The notes beneath the pieces were generated by a model. That model had not been told where the DNA came from. It made no database searches and was given only the letters and a program-made list of their open reading frames with translations. From the NCBI GenBank assembly GCA_017469545.1, contig JAFUGE010000008.1, forward strand, positions 30,941 through 94,940: a DNA stretch of 64,000 nucleotides. Reading direction: 5' to 3'. The DNA comes from Clostridia bacterium (GTDB lineage Bacteria > Bacillota > Clostridia > TANB77 > UBA1234). The position numbers and the translations under genes were made by a program. The number at the start of each line of letters is the position of its first letter. The first letter of the stretch is position 1. Positions 30,630 through 40,575 of this stretch are shown one piece after another.

Positions 30630-31181
30630 ATGATAGAGATGTTTTCTAATTTTGCTTCGTCACTGGTTGCAGCAATCATTGCAATCACGATTGCGGAAAT
30701 GCTGCTTCCGAATAGTAAAAATAAGAAATATGTGACGTTTGTCTCTACTATGATTTTGTGTGTTGTGATTATTAATCCCATCATTTCATTACTGAATCAA
30801 AATGTGAATATTGAAGATTTTTTGGAGAAGCAGGAAACAGAAATTGCTAGTAGTGAGTATACGGCCAAAATGGAATATGCTAAAGAAAAAAGTATCAATG
30901 ATATGTATCGTGATGCCTTAAAACAAGATATTATCACAAGGCTTAAGGATAATGGATATATTGCCAAAAATATTTCCTTTGAGATAGATAGCGTATCATA
31001 TGAACCCACTAAAATGGAACTTGAAATAGAGCATAAGGATGGAGATATAGAAAAAGTCGTTATTGATGTATCAAGCAATATTTCTGAAGATATTTCTTTA
31101 GTGGAGAAAGCAAAAGTAAAAGATATTTTATATTCAGCTTATCATATTGATAGGAAAAATATACGTATCAATCATAATTAG
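30630..31181 (+). CDS. spoIIIAF: stage III sporulation protein AF
   Basis: N-terminal two TM helices, position; start uncertain (30579/30630/30639). Confidence 0.65.
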   Translation: MIEMFSNFASSLVAAIIAITIAEMLLPNSKNKKYVTFVSTMILCVVIINPIISLLNQNVNIEDFLEKQETEIASSEYTAKMEYAKEKSINDMYRDALKQDIITRLKDNGYIAKNISFEIDSVSYEPTKMELEIEHKDGDIEKVVIDVSSNISEDISLVEKAKVKDILYSAYHIDRKNIRINHN

Positions 31182-31191
31182 GAGGCTAACT

Positions 31192-31749
31192 ATGGATAAA
31201 ATATTAGAGAAAATAAAAACGAAAAATCCAAAAAGAATGATTGAAAATGCAGTCATATTTGTTGTACTACTTGTCATACTTATAATAGTGATCAATAGTT
31301 TATATACGCCGGAAGAAGAAAATACGCTGCCAACCATCATTGCAACAGAGAGCCCCAAGAATGATACGTTAGAAAGCAAATTAGAAAAAGTATTGAGCAT
31401 GATAGACGGTGCGGGGAAAGTGAATGTTATGATTTCCTATTTATCTTCCGAAGAGCAAATTCCTTTGTATGATGTGAAAGAAAATACGACGGTAACGGAG
31501 GAGAAAGACAAAGAGGGCGGCACAAGGAAAACAGAACAGACAAGTACAGAGCAAAGTATCATTTTTTCAGAGAGTAGTAATAATAAGCAGCCCTTTATCA
31601 AGCAAACCACAACACCTAAAGTAATAGGCGTGATAGTAGTAGCAGAGGGGGCCAGCAATATGAAGGTGAAAGAAAATTTAATCAATGCTGTGGAGGCTGT
31701 GCTAGATGTGCCATCACATCGAGTACAAGTTTTTACAAAACAAAAATAA
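31192..31749 (+). CDS. spoIIIAG: stage III sporulation protein AG
   Basis: AGGAGG RBS, single TM, C-terminal VIGVIVVAEGASNMKVKENLINAVEAVLDVPSHRVQVF. Confidence 0.7.
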   Translation: MDKILEKIKTKNPKRMIENAVIFVVLLVILIIVINSLYTPEEENTLPTIIATESPKNDTLESKLEKVLSMIDGAGKVNVMISYLSSEEQIPLYDVKENTTVTEEKDKEGGTRKTEQTSTEQSIIFSESSNNKQPFIKQTTTPKVIGVIVVAEGASNMKVKENLINAVEAVLDVPSHRVQVFTKQK

Positions 31750-31762
31750 TGGAGGAGATAGT

Positions 31763-32338
31763 ATGAGCGTGACATTTAAGGTAATCAAGAAAAATCAAAT
31801 TTTAGTGGTGGCGGTTTTACTAATGCTGGTGGTGGCTGGATATTTAAATTATCAATATGACCCTAATTCTGTATATGACGTGGAACTTACTGGCGTTATT
31901 GAAGATAATTTGGGGGATGCTGTCTTTGTAAATAGTAATAGTGTGGAGTCAAATATCGAAGAGGTTGCTAGCAGCATCCAAGACGCTGATTCGGAGGGGT
32001 ATTTTATTCAAACCAAAATAGATAGAGCAAATTCTTATGCAGAGCAGATTGAAATTTATGAAAAAATGCTGGAGAATCCGAATATCCCACAAGATCAAAA
32101 AGAGACTGCACAAGAGCAAATTCGTCATATTAATGCAGAAAGAGATGCTATTACTATTTCTGAAAATTTAATAAAGCTAAAAGGTTTTCAAAAAGTGGTG
32201 ATTCTAGTCAATGGCAATAGTATCAATGTCATTATTGAAGAAGAGGAGCTAAGTAGCAAACAAATAGCACAAATTCAAAACATTGTGCAACATGAGTTTG
32301 ATGCCGAAGTAAGCAATATTCATATTACTGTGAAATAG
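31763..32338 (+). CDS. spoIIIAH: stage III sporulation protein AH
   Basis: Single N-terminal TM, last gene of operon, GGAGG RBS. Confidence 0.65.
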   Translation: MSVTFKVIKKNQILVVAVLLMLVVAGYLNYQYDPNSVYDVELTGVIEDNLGDAVFVNSNSVESNIEEVASSIQDADSEGYFIQTKIDRANSYAEQIEIYEKMLENPNIPQDQKETAQEQIRHINAERDAITISENLIKLKGFQKVVILVNGNSINVIIEEEELSSKQIAQIQNIVQHEFDAEVSNIHITVK

Positions 32339-32501
32339 GGGAAATTCAGGTAATGGTTGATTTTTCTCACAAAACGTGATATAACATGAATGTAGCAAAA
32401 CGGATTTTTCATTTCTCGGTAATGGAAGAGAAAATTCCGCCTGAAATGGCGTTCATATATAGCTCTTGTTAACCAATAACGTGATACAGGAGGCGTGAAA
32501 A

Positions 32502-33203
32502 ATGAAAAGGCTTCTTGCTTTTTTGGTAATGCTAGTAGTTGTGTGTGCATCGACGGTTTCACTGGCAAATGGAGACTTGGGCTATTATTATAGTCGGAGC
32601 GGCATCGTGATTTGCACGAATGTGTCTATTCGCGAGAGCCCGAGTACTAGCGCGAAAGCGTATGGACAACTCCATAATGGCGATTCGTGCTTAATTGTTG
32701 GCAGACAGGGAAACTGGCTACTCATTGACTTAGCGTCTTGCGGATTCAAAAATAATCCTGAAGGCGTTGGGTATGCAAAAGCTAGCCTCATATCGGAGGA
32801 GCCGTACTGGATTGTGCTTACCAAGTATACGGTGTTGTATACTGATCCTTGGGGCACAGGCGATTCCAATGGCGAAAAGAGCGCGGGCACACCTCTCTTA
32901 GTCACAAGCGAAAATGGAGAATTTTATTGTGTACAGACTAAGAGTGGCTCTGCAGGAGCTTCTTTCATTCGCAAAAGGGATGTCGGTTGGTACAGCAATT
33001 CGCAGTACGCCCAGTACATTGTGATTGATGGCGATGTTCCACTTTACGATTACTATGGCGCGGGCAGCAATCAAGTTGGCAAATTAAAAACGCTTACGAT
33101 TGTAGACGTTATCTCGTATGGCGGGGCCTATAGCTATATTTGCTATGGGAATGATAACTATGCTTGGATTGAAACTCAACATCTTCAGCGAATTGCAAAC
33201 TAA
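32502..33203 (+). CDS. secreted protein with bacterial SH3-like repeats, hypothetical
   Basis: Signal peptide; GC-richer than neighbours. Confidence 0.4.
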   Translation: MKRLLAFLVMLVVVCASTVSLANGDLGYYYSRSGIVICTNVSIRESPSTSAKAYGQLHNGDSCLIVGRQGNWLLIDLASCGFKNNPEGVGYAKASLISEEPYWIVLTKYTVLYTDPWGTGDSNGEKSAGTPLLVTSENGEFYCVQTKSGSAGASFIRKRDVGWYSNSQYAQYIVIDGDVPLYDYYGAGSNQVGKLKTLTIVDVISYGGAYSYICYGNDNYAWIETQHLQRIAN

Positions 33204-33324
33204 GTGATGTATGGGGGCACTTTTATTAGCGCCCCTGTATTTTTATGAAAATTCCGTTAAAATAATGCTTTTTTAGATATTTTGTAATATAATGAGATTA
33301 TAAATATAGAAAGGGGATACGAGT

Positions 33325-33645
33325 ATGTTAGGTTTGGAAAATATTGGAGAAAAAATAGGAGATTTGGTTAGCAGTAATTTAGGAGATGCTGCTAAAGAAA
33401 AGCTTGAGGGTGTAGTAAATGCTAGTGGCGATAATTCAGCTGAATTTAATACGTTAGTGCAAGAATTAATTGCAAAAGTGACAAGTAAAGTTGGAGACGT
33501 ATCTACTGCAGATAGCACGAAACTTGAAGAGGCTATCCAATCGGTAATGAGCAACGTTAATTTAGAAAATATGGATAAGGGAAAGCTTGTAGCAGCGGTA
33601 AAACAGGGAATTGACATACTAAAAAGAACGTTAGGAAATAAATAG
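33325..33645 (+). CDS. hypothetical protein
   Basis: 106-aa hydrophilic ORF with GGGGA RBS. Confidence 0.3.
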   Translation: MLGLENIGEKIGDLVSSNLGDAAKEKLEGVVNASGDNSAEFNTLVQELIAKVTSKVGDVSTADSTKLEEAIQSVMSNVNLENMDKGKLVAAVKQGIDILKRTLGNK

Positions 33646-33658
33646 GTATTTGATATGC

Positions 33659-33690
33659 AAAAATCCACCATTTTGGGTGGATTTTTTGTT
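33659..33690 (+). terminator. rho-independent terminator
   Basis: AAATCCACC/GGTGGATTT stem + TTTTTTG. Confidence 0.7.
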
Positions 33691-33759
33691 GAATGGGGCT
33701 ATGTTTTGTGATATACTGACGGCAAATAGGAGAAAATATGGGTATGAGGAGAATGAAAG

Positions 33760-36369
33760 TTGAAAAAGTTAGTTGCAATTGATGGAAATAGTATTATGAA
33801 TCGAGCATTTTATGGAATTATGAATTCTAAAATGCTGGTAACGACGGATGGCACATATACCAATGCGATTTATGGCTTTTTATCCATTTTGTTTAAACTT
33901 TTAAATGAAGAAAAGCCAGATTATGTTTGTGTCACATTTGATTTGAAGGCGCCTACTTTTAGGCATTTGAAATATGAAGGCTATAAGGCGACAAGAAAAG
34001 GAATGCCGGACGAATTGAGAATGCAAATGCCTATTATTAAAGATATTCTAAGAGCTATGAATATTGCTATTTTGGAAATAGAGGGATATGAGGCGGACGA
34101 TATTCTTGGTACGCTTGCTAAATATGGCGACGAAAACCATATACAAGTGTTACTTTTAACAGGGGATAGAGATTCTCTTCAATTGGTTTCTGACAATGTA
34201 ACCGTTAGAATTCCAACGACCAAAATGGGAACGACAGAAAGCACAGACTATACGCCAAGTGTCGTGAAAGAAAAATATGGAATTGAGCCGATAGAATTTA
34301 TCCAAATCAAGGGACTAATGGGAGATACTTCGGATAATATTCCTGGTGTTCCTGGAGTCGGCGAAAAGACTGCCTTTTCTTTGATTAAGCAATATCATGA
34401 TGTGGATTATATATATCAACAGCTAGAAGCGGGAAACGAATTAGAGGGTGTTAAAGGTAAATTAAAAGAGAAAATATTAGAGAATAAAGACTTAGCCTAT
34501 TTATCTCGAGAATTGGGAACGATTAATAAAGAAGTGCCTATTGCCATCAATGTAGAGAATCTTGAAACAAAGGAATTTAATCAAAAAGAATTATACGATA
34601 TTTTCGTGAGATTGCAATTTAGAAATTTCATTGAAAAGCTTGGCCTTAGCGGAGAGGAAAGTATTGCGACTAATGTGGTAGAGGACGAGCCAATAGAGGT
34701 AAAAGAGATAAGTGAATTAACACTTAATCAAAAAGAAATTGCCTATTACTTGAATTCTGGCCTTGCTGTTTTTGATGGGGAAAATGTTTTTTATACAGAA
34801 AATCCGACGAAAGAATTGCTGCAGAAAATTTTTGAAAATGATATTTTAAAAATTGGATTTGAAGAAAAGGAAGACTATTTATTTTTAAAGAGAAATGGCA
34901 TTCAGCCTCAGAATATGATGTTTGATTTGACGATTGCCTCTTACATTCTCAATCCATCAAAAGATAGCTATAAGCTAGACGACTTAATCTTAGAAGAACT
35001 AGGAATTATGCTAAATTCCGCAAAAGAGGAGACACAATTAACGCTTGAGGGGTTTAGTGAGGAAAACGACAAAGAGAAAAATGCAAAGTATGCTAAATAT
35101 ATTTTCTTAGCGAAACAAGAATTGGAGAAAAAATTAAAAGAAAAAGAGCAGTATCAGTTATTTAATGAGATTGAAATGCCACTTGTGAAAGTCCTTGCTG
35201 AGATGGAATACAAGGGTGTACTTGTCGACAAGAAAATGTTAGAAGACTATTCTGTGGATTTTTCTAAGAAAGTGGATAGCTTAATGAAAGAGATATGGGA
35301 TATGGCAGGAGAACAGTTTAACATTAATTCTACCAAACAGTTAGGCACCGTACTATTCGAAAAATTGAACTTGCCTGTCATTAAGAAAACGAAGAGTGGC
35401 TATTCTACAGACGCTGAAGTGCTTGAAAAACTAAAAAACGAGCACCCTATTATCGATAAAATATTAGAATACAGAACGGTTAGCAAACTAAAAGCAACTT
35501 ATGTGGACGGAATGTTACCACTGATTAGCAAAGAGGATCATAGAATTCATGCAAACTTTAAGCAAACAGTAACTGCTACAGGAAGAATTAGTTGCACAGA
35601 CCCTAATTTGCAAAACATTCCAATTCGAACAGAACTAGGAAAAGAGCTTAGAAAAATATTTATTGCGCCAGAGAATTATATTTTTATTGATGCGGACTAC
35701 TCGCAAATTGAACTAAGAGTACTTGCTCATATTTCACAAGATGCAAAAATGATAGAGGCTTTTAACAATGATAAAGACATTCACGCAGCTACGGCGTCGC
35801 AAGTATTTGATGTGCCGCTAGAAGAAGTCACAAAGCAAATGAGAAGTGAAGCAAAAGCCGTTAATTTTGGCATTGTCTATGGCATTAGTGATTTTGGCTT
35901 GGCAACGAATTTGGGCACAAGTAGAAAGAAAGCAAAATCATATATTGATAAATATTTTAGAGAGTATCCTAATATTAAAGCATATATGGATGGTTCTGTT
36001 AAAAAATGCAAGGAATTAGGATATGTCGAAACATTATGGGGCAGAAGAAGATATGTGCCTGAAATCAAATCGAATAATTTTAATGTAAGACAATTTGGAG
36101 AGCGTGTGGCAATGAATGCGCCAATTCAGGGTACAGCCGCCGACATTATTAAGATTGCTATGATTAATGTAGAAAAAGAATTAGAAAAAAATCATTTGAA
36201 GTCAAAATTAATTTTGCAAGTACATGACGAATTAGTTATTGAGGCGCCAATAGAAGAAGAAAAAATAGCAAAAGAAATTCTTGTCGGCTGTATGGAAAAT
36301 GTAATGAAAATGGCAGTGCCACTAAAGGCAGAAGCACAAGAGGGAAAGAACTGGTATGAGGCACATTAA
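33760..36369 (+). CDS. polA: DNA polymerase I
   Basis: 5'-3' exonuclease, inactive-looking 3'-5' exo region and polymerase motifs; 869 aa. Confidence 0.95.
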   Translation: MKKLVAIDGNSIMNRAFYGIMNSKMLVTTDGTYTNAIYGFLSILFKLLNEEKPDYVCVTFDLKAPTFRHLKYEGYKATRKGMPDELRMQMPIIKDILRAMNIAILEIEGYEADDILGTLAKYGDENHIQVLLLTGDRDSLQLVSDNVTVRIPTTKMGTTESTDYTPSVVKEKYGIEPIEFIQIKGLMGDTSDNIPGVPGVGEKTAFSLIKQYHDVDYIYQQLEAGNELEGVKGKLKEKILENKDLAYLSRELGTINKEVPIAINVENLETKEFNQKELYDIFVRLQFRNFIEKLGLSGEESIATNVVEDEPIEVKEISELTLNQKEIAYYLNSGLAVFDGENVFYTENPTKELLQKIFENDILKIGFEEKEDYLFLKRNGIQPQNMMFDLTIASYILNPSKDSYKLDDLILEELGIMLNSAKEETQLTLEGFSEENDKEKNAKYAKYIFLAKQELEKKLKEKEQYQLFNEIEMPLVKVLAEMEYKGVLVDKKMLEDYSVDFSKKVDSLMKEIWDMAGEQFNINSTKQLGTVLFEKLNLPVIKKTKSGYSTDAEVLEKLKNEHPIIDKILEYRTVSKLKATYVDGMLPLISKEDHRIHANFKQTVTATGRISCTDPNLQNIPIRTELGKELRKIFIAPENYIFIDADYSQIELRVLAHISQDAKMIEAFNNDKDIHAATASQVFDVPLEEVTKQMRSEAKAVNFGIVYGISDFGLATNLGTSRKKAKSYIDKYFREYPNIKAYMDGSVKKCKELGYVETLWGRRRYVPEIKSNNFNVRQFGERVAMNAPIQGTAADIIKIAMINVEKELEKNHLKSKLILQVHDELVIEAPIEEEKIAKEILVGCMENVMKMAVPLKAEAQEGKNWYEAH

Positions 36370-36431
36370 GGAATTTGCGCTATGATGATGCTAACGCAAA
36401 AAGGAAATAGTAAATGGAGAAATATCAATTT

Positions 36432-36461
36432 GGCAGAGATGGTTTCTCTGCCATTTTTTTC
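36432..36461 (+). terminator. rho-independent terminator of polA
   Basis: GGCAGAG/CTCTGCC stem + TTTTTTT. Confidence 0.75.
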
Positions 36462-36501
36462 TGACGAGGGAAGTAGCAAAAAGTTTCTGTTTTTTCTCTC
36501 T

Positions 36502-36536
36502 TGTAACTTGGGTGTAACTTTGGGTATTATATAATT
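36502..36536 (+). promoter_or_regulatory. direct-repeat operator (TGTAACTTGGG TGTAACTTTGGG) overlapping -35, then TATAAT
   Basis: Two tandem 11/12-bp repeats immediately upstream of -10 element before the ABC transporter operon. Confidence 0.4.
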
Positions 36537-36564
36537 TGACTGTAAGAGGAAAGGAGTTTTATTT

Positions 36565-37245
36565 ATGGAAATTTTGAGAGTAGAGAATTTGACGAAAATT
36601 TATGGCAAAGATACGACACAAGTAGTGGCTCTTGATCATGTTTCTTTTTCAGTCAATAAGGGAGAATTTGTGGCCATTGTAGGGGCTTCGGGAAGCGGAA
36701 AATCGACACTTTTGCATTTGATTGGTGGCGTGGATAGACCAACTAGCGGAAAAGTGTTGATTGATGGCCAGGATATTTTTAGTCTCAATGACGATAAGCT
36801 TGCCATTTTTAGAAGAAGACAAGTAGGGCTAATTTATCAGTTTTATAACCTCATTCCTATTTTAAATGTGGAAGAAAATATTACGTTGCCATTGGCTTTG
36901 GATAATAGAAAAATTAATCAAAAGACTTTAAATGAGTTATTAAAGTTATTGGGACTTGAAAGTAGAAGGACGCATCTTCCTAATGAATTGTCCGGTGGCC
37001 AGCAGCAAAGGACGAGTATTGGTAGAGCTCTAATTACCAATCCTACGATTATTTTAGCTGACGAGCCAACGGGAAATTTGGATTCAAAATCAAGTGACGA
37101 AATTGTAGAATTGCTAAAGAAATCTAATAAAGAGTATAAGCAAACGATTATTATGATTACGCATAATATGGAGATTGCAAAAGAGGCAGATAGAATTATC
37201 AAAATTGAAGATGGAAAGATTGTGAAAGTGGGGGATAATCAATGA
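36565..37245 (+). CDS. ABC transporter ATP-binding protein (MacB/FtsE-like)
   Basis: Walker A GASGSGKST, signature LSGGQQQR, Walker B ILADEPT. Confidence 0.85.
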   Translation: MEILRVENLTKIYGKDTTQVVALDHVSFSVNKGEFVAIVGASGSGKSTLLHLIGGVDRPTSGKVLIDGQDIFSLNDDKLAIFRRRQVGLIYQFYNLIPILNVEENITLPLALDNRKINQKTLNELLKLLGLESRRTHLPNELSGGQQQRTSIGRALITNPTIILADEPTGNLDSKSSDEIVELLKKSNKEYKQTIIMITHNMEIAKEADRIIKIEDGKIVKVGDNQ

Positions 37246-39836
37246 ACTTACTTAGCAGACTAACTATCAAGAATTTGAAATTGAATCAAAAGAGAACAAT
37301 TGTTACGATTATTGGTATTATTCTATCTGTGGCACTTGTGACGGCTGTTTCTTCGATGTATGCGAGTGCGATTGCTTCGCTTATCAAATTTGAAGTGACA
37401 GAAAAAGGTAATTTCCACCTCGCTGTTCACGATGTGCCGATTAGCCAATTGAGCTTTTTTCAGAATAACCGTCATATCGAGAAAATTTATTTGACAAAAA
37501 ATATTGGCTATGCCAAATTGGAAGATTCGCAAAATGAGTATAAACCATATGCGTATGTAAAGGCTTTTACCAAAGGAGCATTAGAGAATTTATCTGTCAG
37601 ACTGCTAGAGGGAAGATTGCCGGAGAATGAAAACGAGATTGTCATTCCTTTGCATTTAGAAACGAATGGCAGAGTGAAGTTAAATGTGGGTGACACGATT
37701 ACACTAAATGTAGGAAGAAGAATCTCGAAAGAGGGCCATGAGTTAAACCAATATAGTTCGTATCACCCGGACGATGCAACAGAAGTAGTCGTGGATGCAA
37801 AAACGAATGAAGTCATTGAAACAATTTATGCTGAGGCAAGCAATGAAAGTATTGTGGATACGAAAGAAATCACATACAAAATTGTGGGCGTAATTCGCAG
37901 ACCGGCAAACAATATCGAAGGATATTCTGCACCTGGATATACATTTATTACGTATATGAATGATAATGATTTGGGTGATAAGGTGGATGTTTATGCGAAA
38001 TATACAAAGCAGGCAGTAAAAGATGCAGAGACAATTACCAATGGCATTATTAGTACGCGTGATTATGATATTGTAGAATCCAATACTTATTTGATAAAAT
38101 TGCAGACGAAGCCTTTCGAAGAAGTGGCGGGCCTTGGTACTGTTGTGATTATTGTGTGTGTAGTGATTGTGCTTACATCCGTATTTTGTATTAAAAATAG
38201 TTTTGACATTTCGATTACTGAGAAAACAAAGCAATATGGAATGCTTGCCAGCATTGGGGCAACGAAAAAACAAATTAGGAAGAATGTCTTTTTTGAAGCA
38301 ACCATATTAGGACTTATCGGCATTCCGATAGGAATTCTTTGTGGCTTTTTGGCTTCCTATATTTTGATAGCCGTCAGCAATTATTTTGTCAGTGATATGT
38401 TAACGATAGATTTGATTTTCCGCTTTTCGTGGGGAGCAGTGTTCCTTGCGGTTATACTGGGAGCTGTGACAATTTACTTATCTGCTGTGAGAAGCGCGTG
38501 GAAGGCCTCTAAAATTATGCCTATCGTTGCCATCAGAAATGGCGGAGATATTAAAATTAAGGCACGTAAAATAAAAGGTTCCAAAGTGATTAGCAAATTG
38601 TTTGGCGTCGGAGGAAATATTTCGTATAAAAACTTGAAGAGAAATAAAAAGAAGTATCGTACGACTGTTATATCAATTGTTGTGTCAGTGGCTGTATTTA
38701 TTGCGATGTATTCTTTTAGTAGAGATGTTTACACGGCAATCAAGGCAACTTACAGTACGACAGAATACAATTTACTGCTTAATGTTCACATTGGTGACAA
38801 CGAAGAATTATATCAAAAAGCAATCGAGACGACAAAACTAAATAACATTAAAGAAGTTACTCTTTTAAGGGAAGTCGGATTCGTTGTGGAAGACGTGAAA
38901 TATACGAAAGAATATAGAGAGTTTCTCCATATAGACGACGAAGACGAGAAGGCCTATGTGAATGTTTTTGCTTTGGGGGAAGAAGCTTACCGAAATTATT
39001 TGAAAAAATTGAATCTTAGCTATGACGATATGAAAGATAAAATCATTATTTCCGATTCCAATAAAGTAATGATTCCTAATGAGCAGAATGGTAATGACGA
39101 ATATGTTCCTATGAAAAAGCTAGACTACCAAATGGGGGATAAAATAAGTGGTATTTTGGAAAGCGAAGAAGAAATCACGATGGAAGTCGGATATTTAACG
39201 ACGGAAGTGCCATTTGGTTTTTCAATCTATGGTGAGAGTATCAAGGGCTTTGTGAGCGACGAATTCTTTCAAAAAATCAATCCGCAGAGCAACTCTTGTA
39301 TCATATACTATGACTCAAGCAAGCCAAATCAGTTGCAAAATGACATTGAGGAAGTTTTCAAAGGATATGATCGCGAAATTTATATGAATAATATTGCAGA
39401 AAATGTGAAAATGATGGAAAATCTTTATACGCTAATCGCTATTTTCCTATATGGATTTATCATAGTCATATCTTTGATTGGAGTAACTAATATTTTTAAT
39501 ACTATTACAACCAGTATGGAGCTTAGAAAGCCAGAATTTGCAATGCTAAAATCGATTGGAATGACGAAGAAAGAGTTTCATAGAATGATTAGATTAGAGA
39601 GTATTTTTGTGGGAGTAAAAGCACTTGTGTTTGGCATCCCGATAGGCGTGATTTTATCTTACGTGATATTTCGATTGTTAAATGCTTATGGATTTATGGA
39701 CTATCGTTTTCCAATCGTAGCCATAGCTATTGCAGCACTTGCCGTATTTTTGCTAATTACTTGCATTATGAAATTTTCTATGGGCAAGATTAACAAACAA
39801 AATATTATTGAAACGATTAGAAACGAAAACATATAA
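37242..39836 (+). CDS. FtsX-family ABC transporter permease with two FtsX/extracellular-domain repeats
   Basis: 864 aa; N-terminal TM followed by large extracytoplasmic domain and TM bundle, repeated twice. Confidence 0.75.
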   Translation: MNLLSRLTIKNLKLNQKRTIVTIIGIILSVALVTAVSSMYASAIASLIKFEVTEKGNFHLAVHDVPISQLSFFQNNRHIEKIYLTKNIGYAKLEDSQNEYKPYAYVKAFTKGALENLSVRLLEGRLPENENEIVIPLHLETNGRVKLNVGDTITLNVGRRISKEGHELNQYSSYHPDDATEVVVDAKTNEVIETIYAEASNESIVDTKEITYKIVGVIRRPANNIEGYSAPGYTFITYMNDNDLGDKVDVYAKYTKQAVKDAETITNGIISTRDYDIVESNTYLIKLQTKPFEEVAGLGTVVIIVCVVIVLTSVFCIKNSFDISITEKTKQYGMLASIGATKKQIRKNVFFEATILGLIGIPIGILCGFLASYILIAVSNYFVSDMLTIDLIFRFSWGAVFLAVILGAVTIYLSAVRSAWKASKIMPIVAIRNGGDIKIKARKIKGSKVISKLFGVGGNISYKNLKRNKKKYRTTVISIVVSVAVFIAMYSFSRDVYTAIKATYSTTEYNLLLNVHIGDNEELYQKAIETTKLNNIKEVTLLREVGFVVEDVKYTKEYREFLHIDDEDEKAYVNVFALGEEAYRNYLKKLNLSYDDMKDKIIISDSNKVMIPNEQNGNDEYVPMKKLDYQMGDKISGILESEEEITMEVGYLTTEVPFGFSIYGESIKGFVSDEFFQKINPQSNSCIIYYDSSKPNQLQNDIEEVFKGYDREIYMNNIAENVKMMENLYTLIAIFLYGFIIVISLIGVTNIFNTITTSMELRKPEFAMLKSIGMTKKEFHRMIRLESIFVGVKALVFGIPIGVILSYVIFRLLNAYGFMDYRFPIVAIAIAALAVFLLITCIMKFSMGKINKQNIIETIRNENI

Positions 39837-39857
39837 ATGAAAATCGCGTGCAACTCT

Positions 39858-39883
39858 GTAGGGGCAGCGTATCACGCTGCCCG
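39858..39883. repeat. REP-like element (exact consensus)
   Basis: GTAGGGGCAGCGTATCACGCTGCCCG. Confidence 0.8.
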
Positions 39884-39918
39884 AAAAATATTGCCAATTG
39901 AATAAAGGAGAATATCAT

Positions 39919-40575
39919 ATGAACATCTTATTAGTGGAAGACAATCTTACGATTATCAAAGGCTTAAAATATTCTTTTGAGAAGAATCAATATCAGTTAA
40001 TGGATAAAACGACAATCAAAGACGCCAAAGCACTTTTCAAGGAAAATTTTAAAATTGATTTGGTCATTTTAGACATTACCTTACCGGACGGAAGCGGATT
40101 TGATTTATACGAAGAAGTAATCAAACCGCTTGGCATTCCTACAATCTTTTTGACGGCAAGAGACGAGGAAGAGACAGTGGTAAAAGGCCTCAATATGGGG
40201 GCGGAAGATTACGTGACGAAGCCTTTTTCTACAAAAGAATTATTAGCCAGAGTGAATAAAGTATTGCTTCGAGCCAAAAAGCAGACGGTGATTAAAGTCA
40301 AAGATATTCAGTTTGATATGGATAAAATGACGGTTTATAAAAATGAAGAGAAAATAGATCTAACAAGTTTGGAATTAAGATTGCTTCATTTGCTATTTTT
40401 GAACATTAATAAAGTAGTGACAAGAAGCGTGATTTTAGATAAAATATGGGAGTGGACGGGAAATGATGTTGACGACCATACGGTAACCGTTTATTTAAAG
40501 CGAATTCGAGAAAAGCTGGGAACGGATATGATTATGACGATAAAAGGAATAGGGTATAGAATTGACAATGATTAA
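39919..40575 (+). CDS. OmpR-family response regulator
   Basis: Receiver domain LDITLPDGSGFDL, winged-helix C-terminus. Confidence 0.85.
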   Translation: MNILLVEDNLTIIKGLKYSFEKNQYQLMDKTTIKDAKALFKENFKIDLVILDITLPDGSGFDLYEEVIKPLGIPTIFLTARDEEETVVKGLNMGAEDYVTKPFSTKELLARVNKVLLRAKKQTVIKVKDIQFDMDKMTVYKNEEKIDLTSLELRLLHLLFLNINKVVTRSVILDKIWEWTGNDVDDHTVTVYLKRIREKLGTDMIMTIKGIGYRIDND

